A stretch of DNA of 64,000 nucleotides from the human T2T-CHM13v2.0 reference genome, Homo sapiens (GCF_009914755.1 NC_060928.1), one strand, 5' to 3'. Positions 29,266 through 45,389 are shown, counted from the stretch's first letter. Notes: a model not told the origin generated them from the sequence alone. Made by a program: numbers and translations.

Positions 29266-29618
29266 TAGTTTTTGTCTGGTAAATCCAATGTTTCAGTTTC
29301 CTTGGAGATAGTTTCTATCGACTGTTTTTTTCACCTTGTGTATGGGCCATTTCTCATTTCTTTGGGTGTCTTAATTTTTTGCTTTTGGCAAATGTCCATG
29401 GGGTAGAGCACACAGAGAGTCAGGTCAAACAAAAACAAGCCCTGAGAATGAAGCTTTTCAGGGGATTTCAAGACAAGTCAAAAATGACATTTCTTTGGGT
29501 ACAAGGCTTCTCAAAGAGCTTCAAATCTGTGTTCAACTTCCAGTGACTGGTAAGCTGCTGATGTTCATAGTTTCCATGGATGTGAGGCTGTTGGTTTTCA
29601 AGGCTGCCATGGAGCTAG

Positions 29619-30141
<523 letters not shown>

Positions 30142-30935
30142 TGAAGTGCTTTCCAAACTGTATCATTGTGAAATGAAACAGAGACTCACTATTTAAAGGA
30201 AAAATTGCCTTTTCCTTTTGTTTCCACTTCTTCATTTGCCCCTCCTCCATATGCTGAAGTTGTGCCTTGGGTTGCCATTACTTCATTGTAATGGTTCTTA
30301 CCCCAGCCAACAGCAAGCTCTTTTCTGTCAGATAAAATCATCTCTTTTCAGACTTTCATATATGGCTTCTCAGAAGCATCTGTGATTGTTGACATTGCCT
30401 TCTTAGAAACCCTTTCCTCTTGGACTTGCAAAACTTTTTTATGTCTCTCCTTCTACCTCTAATATTATTTCATCTATATTTCTTTTGGAAGAATCTTTTA
30501 TTCTTTCTGTTCCTTTACCATTGGTATTTTCTAGAATTCTACCCTCAATTCTTATCTCTTTGTACACTGCCACTCACCTCCAGGCCAGGGAATAGTATTT
30601 ATATCCAAGAATCAAACCAACATCAACATATTGATGTTTAAATTTTTTACTTTCAGTTCTTACAATCTAGACACAAATGCCTGACTTTTTACTGGACATC
30701 TCATAGCTGGTAATACTTTCTAGTATGTATTGAGACATATGAGGTTACAGACACTATGCCAGTTGGTTTATATGTATTATCTCTCATCTTTCTAATAATT
30801 TCTTATAATAGGTATTATTACCCATTTTTTACATACTCAAGATCAGACTGCTAAAAAGCAGAAAAGCTAGGACTTGAACTCAGAGTTGTTGCCTTCCAAA
30901 CCTATGCAATTATCTCATCTATAAAATAGGAACAG

Positions 30936-31285
<350 letters not shown>

Positions 31286-31359
31286 TTATAAAGCATTTAA
31301 AATGGTATCTGACCCATAGTAAAAATTTATACGTGTTAGCCGTATTATTATTATTATAG

Positions 31360-32300
31360 AATGCTGCCTCTCAACTTATCTTCCCATCTCTCTGCTTTCC
31401 CTACCCACCTGTCACCCCTCAAAATACTCTCTCCTTCTTGTGTTCCCTATTTTGGTCAATGATATAACCATATACTCTGCCACCCAAGAGAGACATATCA
31501 GAATTAGCTTTCATTTTTACTTCTCCTCCATCCCTCCACATTTAGTTGGTTGCCAAGTCTCATTGTGTCTTTCTTTAAGCTATCTCACCACCCCCAGCTC
31601 TCTAATTCAGGCTCCCATCATCAGGATTATTGCAATATCACGTAACTTGTCTCCCTCGGTCTCTCCTTCCTCAGCTCCATTCATTCAGCAAACAGTTTTC
31701 TATACCTATTATATATCAGGTATTCTTTCTAACACATGGATTTGATTATATCACTTCCTTAAAGAATTTAAAAGAACAGGTCATTGCCTGTTAGAATTAA
31801 GCACAAAATCTTTAGTGTGGAGTTTAAAACACTATGCAATCTTTTTCCCTATACTGCAATTCCATCTTTGCTTCCCACCAAACTTTTAAAACAATACCCT
31901 GTGTTTTCGCCATACCAGACAACCAGTCATTCCCTTAAGACATCATGATGGTTCACCCTTCCATGCTTTGGCTTATGCAATCCCATATGGCTGGAATTCC
32001 TTTCCTGCCTCCACCTCCACACTCTTCTTTTAATTTCCCACACAGCCTTGAAAATGCAGCTCAAGTGTTACCTCTCCTACAAAGCATGCCTCAGTGTCTA
32101 CCCACCTGCAACACTGGGACACAATGATTCCCTCCTGTCTTCCCCACAGACCATTGTTCATACCCACGACACTTGGGGTAGTCATGTTGACTCCTTCCCT
32201 CAGTAAATCTGTGATAAAGGGAAGGATTCATTCCTTACGTCTTTGTGTCTTCAGCATCTAGCCGAATTCCTGACATAGATCACATTTTCAGTCAATTGTG
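31360..32300 (+). mobile_element. Degraded L2 fragments
   Basis: Pyrimidine-rich L2-like motifs (CAGCTCAAGTGTTACCTC, TCTTTGTGTCTTCAGCATCTAGC…CCTGACATAG). Confidence 0.55.
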
Positions 32301-35300
32301 CTTGTTTCTCTAATGATACAAAAAAAAAGTGTCTGTCTCTGGCGACGGAAATTGTGACTGCACAACGATAAAGGGTTTGGAGTGTGGTAGAACTGATTTT
32401 AAATAACAAAACATATTTAAATTTTCCTTAAACATTGTTGGTTATTTGAGAAATGACCAAGATTCTCCTAGCGGCCTGAACGTCTGGGAAATGGGGTAAG
32501 AAGATAAAATAGGCTTCAGCCTTCAGTGAGGAAAGGACTGGCTGTGCCTTACTTATATAATGTCTAAAACCAATAGGACAAACTCCACTTTAATTTTGAC
32601 ACTTTAGCCAGAGAAAACACTCCAGAGGGCTGAAGAAGGGACCCGCCGGGGCTGCTGCTGAGCTGGGTCTTTGGTCTTCCACCTTTTTGTGACTTGAGCT
32701 GGGCCCACAGTAGCATCCATGTCAGCCATTTTGATTCACGACCAAACAATTCAATGAACTCTCAGTATTTTGGCAAAATAAGGAGCTTGAATAAACATGT
32801 TGACTTAAATGGATCAAAACAGATGGTTATGCTGGATAACTGACCACCCAGCTTCAGTCTTGCCCAGAAACAAACCTTATATTCTTCTCTTTGGCATTCT
32901 GACCCACACCTTCTGGAGATTCTCTGGTTGACTAAAAATAATTCTAATAAGTGGCAAAATTAATGTCTTTTTGGATTCCAAAATTAAAGAAAGAAAATCA
33001 CTGTTTGTTTGAGTTCCAGGGAGTCAGTCTAGTTGCCTAATATAAACCGCAGAAACAGTCATTCACTTGAGTTTCACATAGAGAAATAATGTGGAAACTT
33101 CCCTTTAGGACTTCAACATTTTCCTTGCAGCATCAGAACGTGATGTAACTCTGTGTATTCATGTATTTCAAACTTGTGAAGAGGACCGGTGCCATATCTG
33201 TGCCGTGACTTAAAAGCACGACCTGTTTCCTCAACAAGCTGGTTTCCTTCAATGTTTGCTTTCTCACAGTGGTACCGATTTCTGCTCTTTCCATTTCCAA
33301 AAGTACTAAAAAGCCATTGATGGCACATGGAAATTTTTGAGAAACACATTTAGAAACCATTTGGCAGGATCTGTGCTTTCTGGGAGAACAAGCCTTCTTT
33401 CCCTGTTATTTTCCCTTTGGAACATTCACAGGAAAACAAGACCTCTGCTCTTTAAAGATCTTTTTTGTGTGTGATGGTGTAGTCCACACCTACAGAATCT
33501 TCCAAGGAATCACAATTAGGGCTTTAAAGATGTATTTAATCATATTTTCCTCGCTACATTGGCTTTCCACATAGGTGGGGTGGGTGTTACTGCTGACACA
33601 GACATATGTGGTATTTCAGTGACACTGGCTGCCTGAGAAAACACTCCCTTTTGTCCTTCTCTGCTCCTTTTTATTCCAAAACTGGAGGTTAGGCTAACAG
33701 TGCACACAGCTAGGAGAGGTACTATAAGGCATGATCACCCACCCCTTCTCGAGAGAGCATATCTTGAAGGGGTAATACCACAAAGGAGGAACGGGGGAAA
33801 CCAATGCTACAGGTCCGTTTTAGACGTATCATCATTGAGCTGATCCAACCTTATTTCTCAGACATTAATCTTCCTTTTCTCCCTGCCGCCATAGAATCAT
33901 TCATGATAATGTTGTATCTTGTTTGCAAAACATTTCATCTTAATCCTCTGGGAGAACACTTATTTGATACTGGATCAACAGTTGTCATGGAGATGATTCA
34001 AAACAGGAAGTTATCTTTATATTTTGTATTTGGATGAACGAATGACTAGACAACCATATTTAGCAATTATTAATAGAGAAAAATTTAAACGTTAATGGAG
34101 TTTACCCAAGGATAATTGTTGCCTGGGAGGTTCTTGGTAAGTGCAACCGAAAGGGGTTTATAAAAAGAAGCAAAATTTTAGCGATCAAAATCCACAGGAG
34201 CTTATAGAGATTTATCTAGAAGGCATGGGTCATGCTTACTTGTTTTATGTGCAGTCTTCAGGATGCTGGGAAAATCGAGGTTCTACTTCTGAGTGGTGGC
34301 ATCCTGTTTAAAATAAAGGTCCAAAGTAACATCCAACTGATTAATCAAGACAATTTGAGGCACTTAGCAGCCTTAAGGATCCAGAATCTTTCCATCTGTT
34401 TCTTCTGTCTTTAGACATTGTCTTGGGCAGAGTTTACTGAGCACACACTGACTATGTGTTCAGCCATGTATGAGGTCCTCTGGGAACCCACAAAGAAAGT
34501 GAACAGTCTATGTAATATAGACTCATGGCAAAAGGCACAAACATTAGTATATGCATAAACAATAACTGATTTACGGCTATACCTGTGCATGAGTGAAATG
34601 GGTACTAAGAGGTTATTTGATGACAATAAATTCCAAGGATAATCAGTTGTTCATGATGAAATATGAAAGATAATTTTTTATACCAGCTTAAATCTTTTAT
34701 TCTTGCTTAGGAGTTTCCTCCCTCCCAAGACAGCAAAAATGTTTATGATCTGTTTTACATCATTAACAATTCAAACATGAATTTATGAAATGGGTCTGCG
34801 TATCTATGGACAAAACTATTTTGCAAAAATGGTAAGAATTATTTAAATTTCTAAACAAAATTGGATGATCCCACATTAGTATGATACCCATGCTGTCTGG
34901 GGATCAAAATGAAATCGCTCCCCGAAGAAGTATTTAAGAAAGCACAAGAGACGTCATCCCAAATTGCCAGTGTACCTATTTCAGACAGATGAGTATTGCT
35001 TAAATGCCATTTTTAAAAGGCAGAAAGAGGTAACAAAGTGTAAACATATTTATTTTTCCTTTAAGAAGGAAAAGCCCACTCTCTAGGGCTCTCCTCTATA
35101 AGGGAAGCATCAAAAAGATTATGCAGTTCAGCCAAATTACATGCACCATATGCTTCGAACCTCAGGTTGTGACTGTTTTGGTTTGATTTATTGCTTTGAT
35201 TTCATAGGAATACAACCACTCTACTTGAAGGGCTTGTTAAATATTCTACCACTATTCTAAAGAATTAATTGAAACAAGAAAGGTCTCACATTATGCTAAG

Positions 35301-35365
35301 TGAACACTTACTCGCTAATTTGCCAGATTGCCTTCCCCAAGCTCCAGAATGTGAAAAATGCCATC

Positions 35366-35384
35366 CTTGCCATAGTGACGTCAC
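35366..35384. promoter_or_regulatory. Overlapping RFX X-box-like motif and perfect CRE palindrome
   Basis: CTTGCCATAGTGAC (35366-35379) overlaps GTGACGTCAC (35375-35384) in unique sequence; function untested. Confidence 0.4.
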
Positions 35385-36029
35385 CAGGACATTGCTGGTT
35401 GCCCTTATGGGCTCCAGCTGGGCTTCTAGTTACACCAGTCATGCACTCTAAATCAAGCATGTTGTCTTCCTGGGCAGAACAACATACTGCAAAAGGTTAC
35501 TGTTGCCAAGAGTTTGTCCATGATGTAAAAATACACAGTGTTTATTGATTTTCATTCAGTATTTTTAAATGATTTATATGGAGTAATGAGCACATCAGGT
35601 TTTCTCCTGCACACAGCCTCAGAGGCAGCTGTCCAAAATCTTACCAGAAATGTGGCCTATTAGATCATCTAGGGTCATCTATTAGAAGTGTTGAATATAA
35701 TTCCCGGTGTTCCCAGAGAGGTGGGAGATTTTATAAGACATTCAGGAAGGTCTTCCAATTCCAACAGTTTGGGGCTTCTGAAACTAAACCAAGTCCAGTT
35801 TCTCTTCACGCTGGTGCTTCCTCAGCATCACTTGCTAATTTATACATCAGAGGGCAACACAGGGAAGGAAGGAGGACAGTGTTTCTGTGAGCTGATTGGT
35901 AGCAATTGGAGTGAAGGTTCTTTGGGAGACTATAGCAGTATTGACTCAGTTTAGTTTTGGATAAGTTTATCTATCCAGATGGTAAATCTTGACATGTATT
36001 AACTAAGAATAAAGTTGATCCAACTTATT

Positions 36030-38600
36030 TTAGTTACTTTGCAAATTTTAAATATACACAAAAAAGACAAAATAGTATAAAGATCCATAGAACTAATCAT
36101 TCAACTTCAAAAAATATCAATTTATAGACAATCTTATTTCATCTCTATCCTACTTACTAATCTCCATACCACCCCATAATATCTTTTGATATGACTCTCG
36201 AAAATATGAAAATTCTTTCTTAACATACATTTCTCCTAAAAATTTAAAAATTTTGACCAAATATTCAGTATTCAAAAGTCTGATTTGTGTCATGTTAGGA
36301 ATTTTTAACAGTTTGTCTGTTAGGACAATCCAAGTAAGTCCCACACCTTGCAATTGGTTAACTTTCTTTTAATTCATAGGTTCTCTCTCATCTCTTTGCT
36401 TCTCTTCTCTTTCTTCTCCCTCTTCTCCTCTTATTTGTTGAAAAAAACTGGGGCCGGGTGTGGTGGCTCACACCTGTAATCCCAGAACTTTCGGAGGCCG
36501 AGATGAGTGGATCACCTGAGGTCAGGAGTTCGAGACGTGAGCCAAGATTGTGCCACTGCACTCCAGCCTGGGTGACAGAGCAAGACTCTGTCTCAAAAAA
36601 CAAAAAAACAAAAGGATCCTTTATTCTATAAAATTTTTCACAGTACACTTTTCTGATAACATCTCCACGATGTCATTTAGCATGTTCCGAGGTCATCTTA
36701 TTTCCTATACATTGTCAGTTGGCTTTAGAGGATTGATCTGCATCAGGTTGGGTTTTCAGGGGGCAAGACTACTGTATTAGTTTGTTAGGGCTGCCATAAC
36801 CAAGTATCACAGACAGGGTGGCTTAAACAACAGAAATGAATTTTCTTACAATTCTTGAGGCTAGAAGTCCCAGATCAAGGAGTCTGCAGTGTTGATTTCT
36901 CCTGACGGCTCTCTCTTTGGCTTGTAGATGGCCATCTTCTCCCTGTGTCTTTACATGGTTCTCCCTCTGTACTTGTCCAAATTTCCTTTTCTTATGATCC
37001 CACAATTAGGAGGGATTAGGGCCCACCACAATGACCTCATTTTAACTTAATTACCTCTTTAAAGGCCCTATCTCCATATACAGTCACATTCTGAGGTAGT
37101 GGGAGTTCGAAATTCACCATATGAACTTGGAGAAGGAAACAATTCAACCCAAGGAAACAATTCATCTTGGGTGGTGGTGTGTTTTTCCACCAAGATGCAC
37201 TAAATATCTCAGCGTCACTCTTTTTGTGGTTTTGGCAGCCCTGGATTTTCAGTCCCTAGATTCATTGATTCATCAGGGTTTCCAAAGTGGTGATGTCCTA
37301 ATTCTGTTGTTCCTTCTTTTTTTTTTTTTTTTTTTAGCTGAATAACCTTGATTCTTTTTGAAGTCATTTTATTTTCTATTTGGTTATGCACTAACATATT
37401 GCAAAGGTGGAATTAATGTTTCTTTCCTCTTATTTACCGTTTTCAAAATAATGAGTTGGTTTTAAAATAATGTAACCAGTTTGTTGTGTTTTTCCTAAAG
37501 TGACAGTATGGACTCGTGAATGTTCATGGATACATATGTGGATATGTATGTATGATGTATATTGATCCATTGCAGCTATTGCCCTTATTGTTCAAGTTGT
37601 CCAGTTTTTTTGGCCAGCAAAAATCTCTCCAAGTTTGGCTCCTAAGTCCCTTAGACAGGACTGCAGTAGTCTCTGATGGCTTTCTTGCTACCTGATATGG
37701 CAAGATGTTCTAGGTTCATCTTTTTCATTTCCTTCTCCAGATCCAGAATCAGCCATTTCTTCAAGAAGCACCAATTTCTTTTAGGAGGAAAGGTATTTGA
37801 AGAATCTAAGTACTAGGAGACATCACAGCTACTGAGTTGATCTCTATGTCTAGGCCTTTACAGAGAATAGCGCCAGAAAAAAAAATGCAAATGCACACGT
37901 ACAGATAGACAAATAGACATATATAATCTTCCAGTCAAATTCAGGGTTTGTTTTTCAGGTATTTTATGTTAACATCTGTGTTTTCTCTCTCCCACTCCAA
38001 GAATGCTGGTACTCAATCAAACCAGGAATGATTGAATAAGAACATTATATGATTGATCATTTATCCCACAATATACCCACAACAGAATCTGAGTAACACT
38101 ATGAATGCCTCAACCAAGCTTTCTGCTGTTCTTTTTGTTCTCTGGATATACCACATTAGAGATTTATACTCACTGGGTGGTTGAGGTAGGAGGATTGCTT
38201 GAGGCCAGGAGTTCCAGACAAGCCTGGGAAACATAAAGAGACTCTGTATCTACAAAAAAATTTTAAAAATTAGCTGGCTGTGGTGGTACCTCCCTGTAAT
38301 CTCAGCTACTTGGGAGGCTGTGGCAAGAGGATTGTTTGAGCCCAGGAGTTCAAGGCTGCTGTGAGCTATGATCACATCACTGTACTCTAGGCTGGGTGAC
38401 AGAGCAAGATCCTGTCTCAGAAAACAGGAAGGAGATTTCTGCTCAAATTATTGTGCTTTAAATCTCTTGGAATAACTCTACTCTGTGAATTAAACTATCA
38501 ACTAGAAACATGTGGCTTTTAAAAAAAAGTAATATTTAAATTAATTTATAACTAGGTAAGAAATGTACCTGGTTCCAAAGAAAAATCAAGGGTGGAACCA
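36030..38600 (-). mobile_element. Old L1M fragments hosting a deleted Alu (36452-36613, +), an MLT1 LTR (36773-37152, -) and a truncated AluJ (38175-38425, +)
   Basis: L1MC-like CCAGAATCAGCCATTTCTTCAAGAAG; MLT1 TGTATTAGTTTGTTAGGGCTGCCATAAC; AluJ TSD GAGATTT[A/C]T[A/G]CTCA. Confidence 0.75.
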
Positions 38601-39246
38601 GCATTGCTCTATTTTTTTTTTCTTGTTGCTGTCATTACCATATGGTTCTAATGCAGATTAAGAGATGGTGGTGTTCTGGTAGATTTGGAGGAGGTGATAC
38701 TTGAATCATGTCTTACCGAACAGCTGCAAAGAGTGACTTTGGTTCTGGTAGAAACTGTCTTGAAGGTCCTAGCTCTGCTCAGTGAAGAAAACATTTGTTC
38801 TGCCACCCACCATGTAATTCATCCTTGAATTTTAATGAGTTAGCCTTTAGGCTGCTAGACAGAAACAAGCCACAGCATACTGCATAAACCCTGCCATCTT
38901 TACATATTGCTGTAGAAGCTAGAAATGAAAAGTTCTTATTGTCAAATGTGTGGTAATTGTGCTCCAAGGTAATTCATCTGAATGTGTGACGTTCCATTTC
39001 TAAAATAGCAGCATCTTGGAATCTAAGTCCAGCACTTCTAGAAGCTAACTCCTACCAACACTTCAAGCTCAGGTGAACTTATTGAGCCTTCCTGATCCCT
39101 GTTCGAAGTTAGGCTTCCGGATATGTGTTTCCACTGCACCCTCTAAAATCCTCCCTGATGTTAACAGGCTTTGCACTCAGTTGTTAAACTTTGTTAAGTA
39201 TCCAAACCCAGCATCGAGCATTGTATCAGCACAAATAGGTAATCCT

Positions 39247-39592
<346 letters not shown>

Positions 39593-40611
39593 TTAACTCA
39601 AAATTTCTATCACTGCATCCTAATATACTCAGGTAAAATTACCTATTTATGTATTCTCCCCACCAACCAGATGATAAGCTCTTTTAGGGCAGGAATTACG
39701 TTTTATTTTCTTGGTACTATACTTGTCCATAGTTTGATGGAATAAAAAACATTAGTGATGCTGTTTGAAAATTGAATTAGAATTACAAAGAATAAACATG
39801 AGCTGCTCTTAAGAAACATAAGTTTGAGTCAACATTTAAATATAAAGTGATAACATACAAAACATCAACTTAATGCTTACCGCTGCAGTCTGCCTTTTGT
39901 ACCCTCAGACTCTATAAACATAATATAAATGTTTCTGTATATTTTATTCTGTGTTTTAATATCAGGCCTTTAAAGCAGTTAATTGCTTAGTTCATCTGGA
40001 ATTAATTTTATTACATGCTATGAGGTATAGCTATAATTTTACTTTTTCCAAAAGGTTAGCCAGTTGCCCCAATTCCAATTTTTCTTGGATCCTATATCAT
40101 GGTGGCTTAACTCTTTTACAGAACAATTGGATAACCTTGCTGATACAAACACCTGGCCTCTAACTTCAAGTGGGCCTTCTTTGTTTCCTCAAGACCCCTG
40201 CTCACTTCTCATTCCCATCACTCTCATCAGTTCTCTATAGGACAGAATTTTTTTACAAGACTTCATAGACCACTGAATTATACAATTAAAATGATTAAAA
40301 CAGTAAAATTTGTTATATATCTTTTACCACCATTTTTTTTAATAGCCAAAAAAGAAGACTCCATGGAGAACAAGGCCTTCAGGTTTAAACTTCATCAACT
40401 ACCACCATAACCCCATACCCCACACTTACATGTATAAGTGCATTCCTACCTACATATGCAAGCCAATCCTGTCTCCTTTTTAGTCTCTGGGAATGAATCA
40501 CTGCTGACCCCAGAACAGTGCTCCACGCAGTAAGCCCTTCTCTAGATCAAGCTTCTTGAATCCTAAAAAAATCCTACACTTGGCCCTTCATCTGCCTCTA
40601 GTTACTATTGA

Positions 40612-40920
<309 letters not shown>

Positions 40921-43116
40921 ACATTTTCTTCCTTATCCAAATTTTTCAAAAACCATGGCATGTTTTGGTTTATTCCACTTCACCTCCCATTCATACCTCC
41001 CACCCATCCCTCTTTGCCTTCCCCTCCCTCTTCCCCTAAATTGTTCTAGTTGTTCTCTTCTCACCAAGTCTCTGTCTTGGTGAGACAGACTGGCTGTCTA
41101 CTGAAGAAAGTAGACATCTTATTTCTTATTTGACGTCTTATTTCACGGTGAACCTCAGCCCCCCAGGGTCTCCTCTGCTTCTGCTGTATCTTCTTTCATG
41201 GCTCTTCTTTTTACAATCAGAGTTTGAATTTCCTACAATTCTGCCCTTATTCCTGTGGTCTTTTCCCTTCTCATCCACTCACACATTTTCAAATACAACC
41301 TAAAAATGATGGCAGAAAGAGCTCTTCAGCACAGTATTTCCATCCAGCTTCATACATCTACCTCTACTTGTCACTGGTGATCCCACAGAAACCTGGAATC
41401 CACCTGAACTCATCATCTTCCCCATTAAGGGAGCTGCTTCTTCCATGCTGTGTCTGAGTTGATCTGCTTCTACTTATTCACTCAAACTAGAAAATTTGGA
41501 GTCATCACTGCCTCCATGACTACTTTCATGCCTTCTGGTAAGTCCTGATAATTTTTCTCCTTAATAATTCTGGAATCTGTTCCTCCTCTCCACTTTGACT
41601 CCACTCCTCTAGGCCACTATCATTCTCCTGGGCTGCCTGACAGATTCATACCTGGTCATGCCCTGCTCACATCTATCTTCCATCCAAAATGTAAACCTGC
41701 CCTTGTCGCTTTGGGTACTATGTAAAGGGATGGGTGGACAAAATTTAAATTCCTTCCTGGCTTTCCTCCTCCTCTAAAGGTCAGAACTCAGGAATTAACT
41801 TGCCCCTGACTATGTCACTGTCTTCATCGGTCTCTGTACTGTTCATGATTACACTTTGGGATCTGGCAGCACGCTATGACACTCATTTGCATCAGTCCAC
41901 AATATTTCTCACTTTTGAACATTTGTTACTGAGGTCCGCTCTTCTTGAACCACTCCCCCACATCACTGCCCTTCCTTTCCCACCTAACTTCACTTTTCAG
42001 ATTCCTCCACAGACAGCCTCTGTGCCTTCCCTCCTCATCCGTGTTCTGGGTGACATGCATAATACCCTGGCGTGGCTGCATCACTGCTCTGGCCGTGGGT
42101 TTCAGAATTACCTATGTGCCCACTCTCCCCCTACACGAGGAGCAGTTTGATGGAAAGGACCATGCTGCAAAATTATTGATTTACTGACTGAATAAATGAA
42201 TGGTCTGATTGAAAACTTTAACCCAAAGTAGTCAGAAAAGGGCATTTCCTTTTCATCGAACATGGAAGAGACCATTTGGAATACAGTGAGTTCCAAGAAA
42301 AAGACAAATACTGAACAACTACTCTCTTTCTATTAATAATTTTAAAGCACCCTTGCAAGGACTCTTGATGGTTTATAGTCATCAAATATCACATAGAGCC
42401 GCATGGCTGTCCCTCATCGCTGGGCGGATGAACAGTTGGGAAACCACACCAGCCACAGACATAATGACACCAATGAGAAGCTATATGCCGCAGATAAGAC
42501 CTTCCCCACAACTGAAAGCTGAAATTTTACCAAATTCAAAATCTTTGAACTAGTGTGACCCCTACCAGGAAGATGGACATAAGACTCATAACATAACTTG
42601 TCTGTTATTTTTTTTTCTGTAGTCTTCTGTTCAGTACATGAACTTTGCCTGGACCTAAAATCTTAGCTCATCTGTTTACTTGTAATTTGCAGTCCATGCT
42701 TTGATTTCATCACCACAAATCATTTTGTTAGGTCCAGGAGCTGTTCCCTCGGTAAACCTGGTCTCCTGAAACATGCTGTAAGAGATACAGGTCTCTCCAA
42801 AATGCTAAGAAATTATAGATGACAGACCAGTGAATTGATAGTGCCTCTTTCTCACACACTTTAGATGTGTGTGAGATATTTGAGATGTATCTTTCATAAT
42901 TTATGTGAAGAATTTACTGTAAAAGGTCATATTCTGAAATGAACTGATTTTTCCCCCAACTTGGCATCAAGTAATAGATTAGTAAGTTCTCTTCTTAAAA
43001 ATCACAGTACAGTCTCTTGAGCTAGCTTTTCTTTCAAAAACAGTAGCTTTTCAAAGACCAATGACATCTCGTCTGTTTGCTCTCAGTGCTGCATTCTGAG
43101 ATGAAGAATATTCATT

Positions 43117-43469
43117 TGATAAAGTTTGGCTCTGTGTCCCCACCCAAATCGAATCCCAAATTGTAATCCCCACATTTCAGGGGAGGGACCCGGTGGGAGG
43201 TGATTGGATCATGGGGGCGGTTTCCCCCATGCTATTCTTGTGATAGTGAGTTTTCATGAGATCTGATGGTTTAAAAGTTTGGCACCTCCCCCCTGCCCCT
43301 TCTGCCACCATGTAAGGTATGCCTTGCTTCTCTTTCGCCTTCTGCCACAATTGTAAGTTTCCTGAGGCCTCCCCAGCCATGCAGAACTGTGCACCAATTC
43401 AACCTCTTTCTTTATAAATTACCCCATCTCAGGTCATTCTTTATAGCCATGTGAAAATGAACTAACACA
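43117..43469 (+). mobile_element. MSTA/THE1-type MaLR solo LTR
   Basis: TGATAAAGTTTGGCTCTGTGTCCCCACCCAAATC…GAACTAACACA; 5-bp TSD TCATT. Confidence 0.9.
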
Positions 43470-43499
43470 TCATTCATTTACCAAAGACTGACAGATATG

Positions 43500-43695
43500 C
43501 ATCTTGCATTTCTCCCTTGTGGCACCTACTATGATTGCAATTAAATGATCAATCATGTATTAGGCTGTTTCTATCCCATCTCCCCAATAGAAGGTAAAGA
43601 AAGCGGGAACTGTGTCTGTCTTGTTCACTTCTGAATCCCAGGCCTAGCACAGTGCCTGGTACATAGTTGGCACTTGGTTATTTATTGAATGAATC
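43500..43695 (+). mobile_element. L2 3' end
   Basis: GTCTTGTTCACT…CCTAGCACAGTGCCTGGTACATAG…TTATTGAATGAAT. Confidence 0.8.
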
Positions 43696-45389
43696 TATCA
43701 GCACCAACTATCTTTGTGGCTACAGGGGTAACAACTACAGGAGCTCTGTACTGTCCTGACTACGGCAGCAGCTTCCTGAGAACCCTACTCCCCCACTGCT
43801 CAGCTGAAGGAGAGCTGAGGGAGGGAGGAATAGGCTTGGGAAAGGAAGTGGGAAGACAGTTTTTACTGAACAGACCTAAGGGGCCAAAGTAAGAATGGGC
43901 ACTAATTATCTCAAAAAAATCGCAGAACTTTGCTACTTAATGCTTATGGAAATCCCTCCAACGTGCCAGGCACTGACAGTCTTAAAAACAGAAAACTGTC
44001 CAGATTTATGGATGTTTTGAGGAAAACAACTCCAAGAAAAAAAAAGCATGCATTTATGTACCAATATGGTTTAAAATAGTGGCTGACCTTAAGTCTGTGC
44101 TAGTTTAACAACTGGTTTTGGCAGTATTTCTTATGAAATAAAACAGGCAATTTTCTACACACCACCCAACTAACACAAAATACAGGCACACCTTACACCT
44201 TTCTGAATAAACAAAAAGCCCTGTTTATTCAGGTCAGTGAATATTTCTTTGGCATGGAAAGTCCTAGCTTTATATTGCAATTTGTTTTTCAATTTAGGAG
44301 CCCTAACTACTAACATTCCTGTTGACTATTGCCATTTCTCCCATAGTAAGTTGATAGTGCCACTGAAATAATGAAGCAAATATATCTATTAAAATTCATA
44401 TTGTTAGCTAAAAATGATCAGTATAAAGATTCAGTAAAGAAATTTTATACTATATTGATGAGTTAATCCTTCAAAAGTAGAACAAAAAGTCCGAGAGATG
44501 GAAAAGACGAAAGAAATAAGAAAATAAGAGATTAAAATGTGTAATATCTAACTAATAAAATATCCAGAAAGAGGTCAAACAAGGAAATCAATTTTTTCAT
44601 CATTATTTAAGAAAAAATAATTTTCATTTTTACCAAATAGAACACTTTTACATATACATAATAGAGTGCTTTTTCTCCATTTTAATGAAATAATTTAGAT
44701 ACATGTAGATAATACATGTAAATAACACTAAAATGCTTATTAAAATGTTAATCCCCTTCTCTCCCTGCTCCAATGTTCTCTTCCCCCAAAGCAACCACTT
44801 TTAGCCCATATGGTTCTAGTACTCTATTTAACCCAATACTTATACTCGATAAAGCTCCTTCTGGAGCCCCCACTTTGCTTGTTCCTGTCTGAATTGAAAG
44901 TTCCCTAGGCTCCTGCATAGCCAAATTCCTAGTCCTTTAACACTGTCTTAGGAATTCCCTTTGCCCGTCACCCTTGTTGGGTACCTTGGTTCCTGGACTG
45001 GACTCCTTTTTCTTTGTTTTACCTGCTTGTCCTGCTAGATAACATTCTTCAGCTGCCTCTTGGGGGGAAAAAAAGCTTGGAGGTACATTTTTTGAGTACA
45101 TAGATGCCTGAAATTTTCTTTTTTTCTACCTTCCTACTTGCTCATTGGTTGGGTATAAAATTCTAGGTTAAAAGTCATCTTCTATCAACTGTGGAAGTCA
45201 TTGGCCCAGTGTCTTCTAGAGTCCAGCATTGTGTCAAGAAGTGTGATACCATATTGATTACTGATCCTCTGTAAATATCCTAATTTTCTTCTTGAAGGCT
45301 TTAGAGTTGTCTTTTCATTCTGATATTGTGAAGTTTCACATGCCTGTATGTGGTTTGTTTTTTTTTTTTTTCAATTCACATTTGATGAG

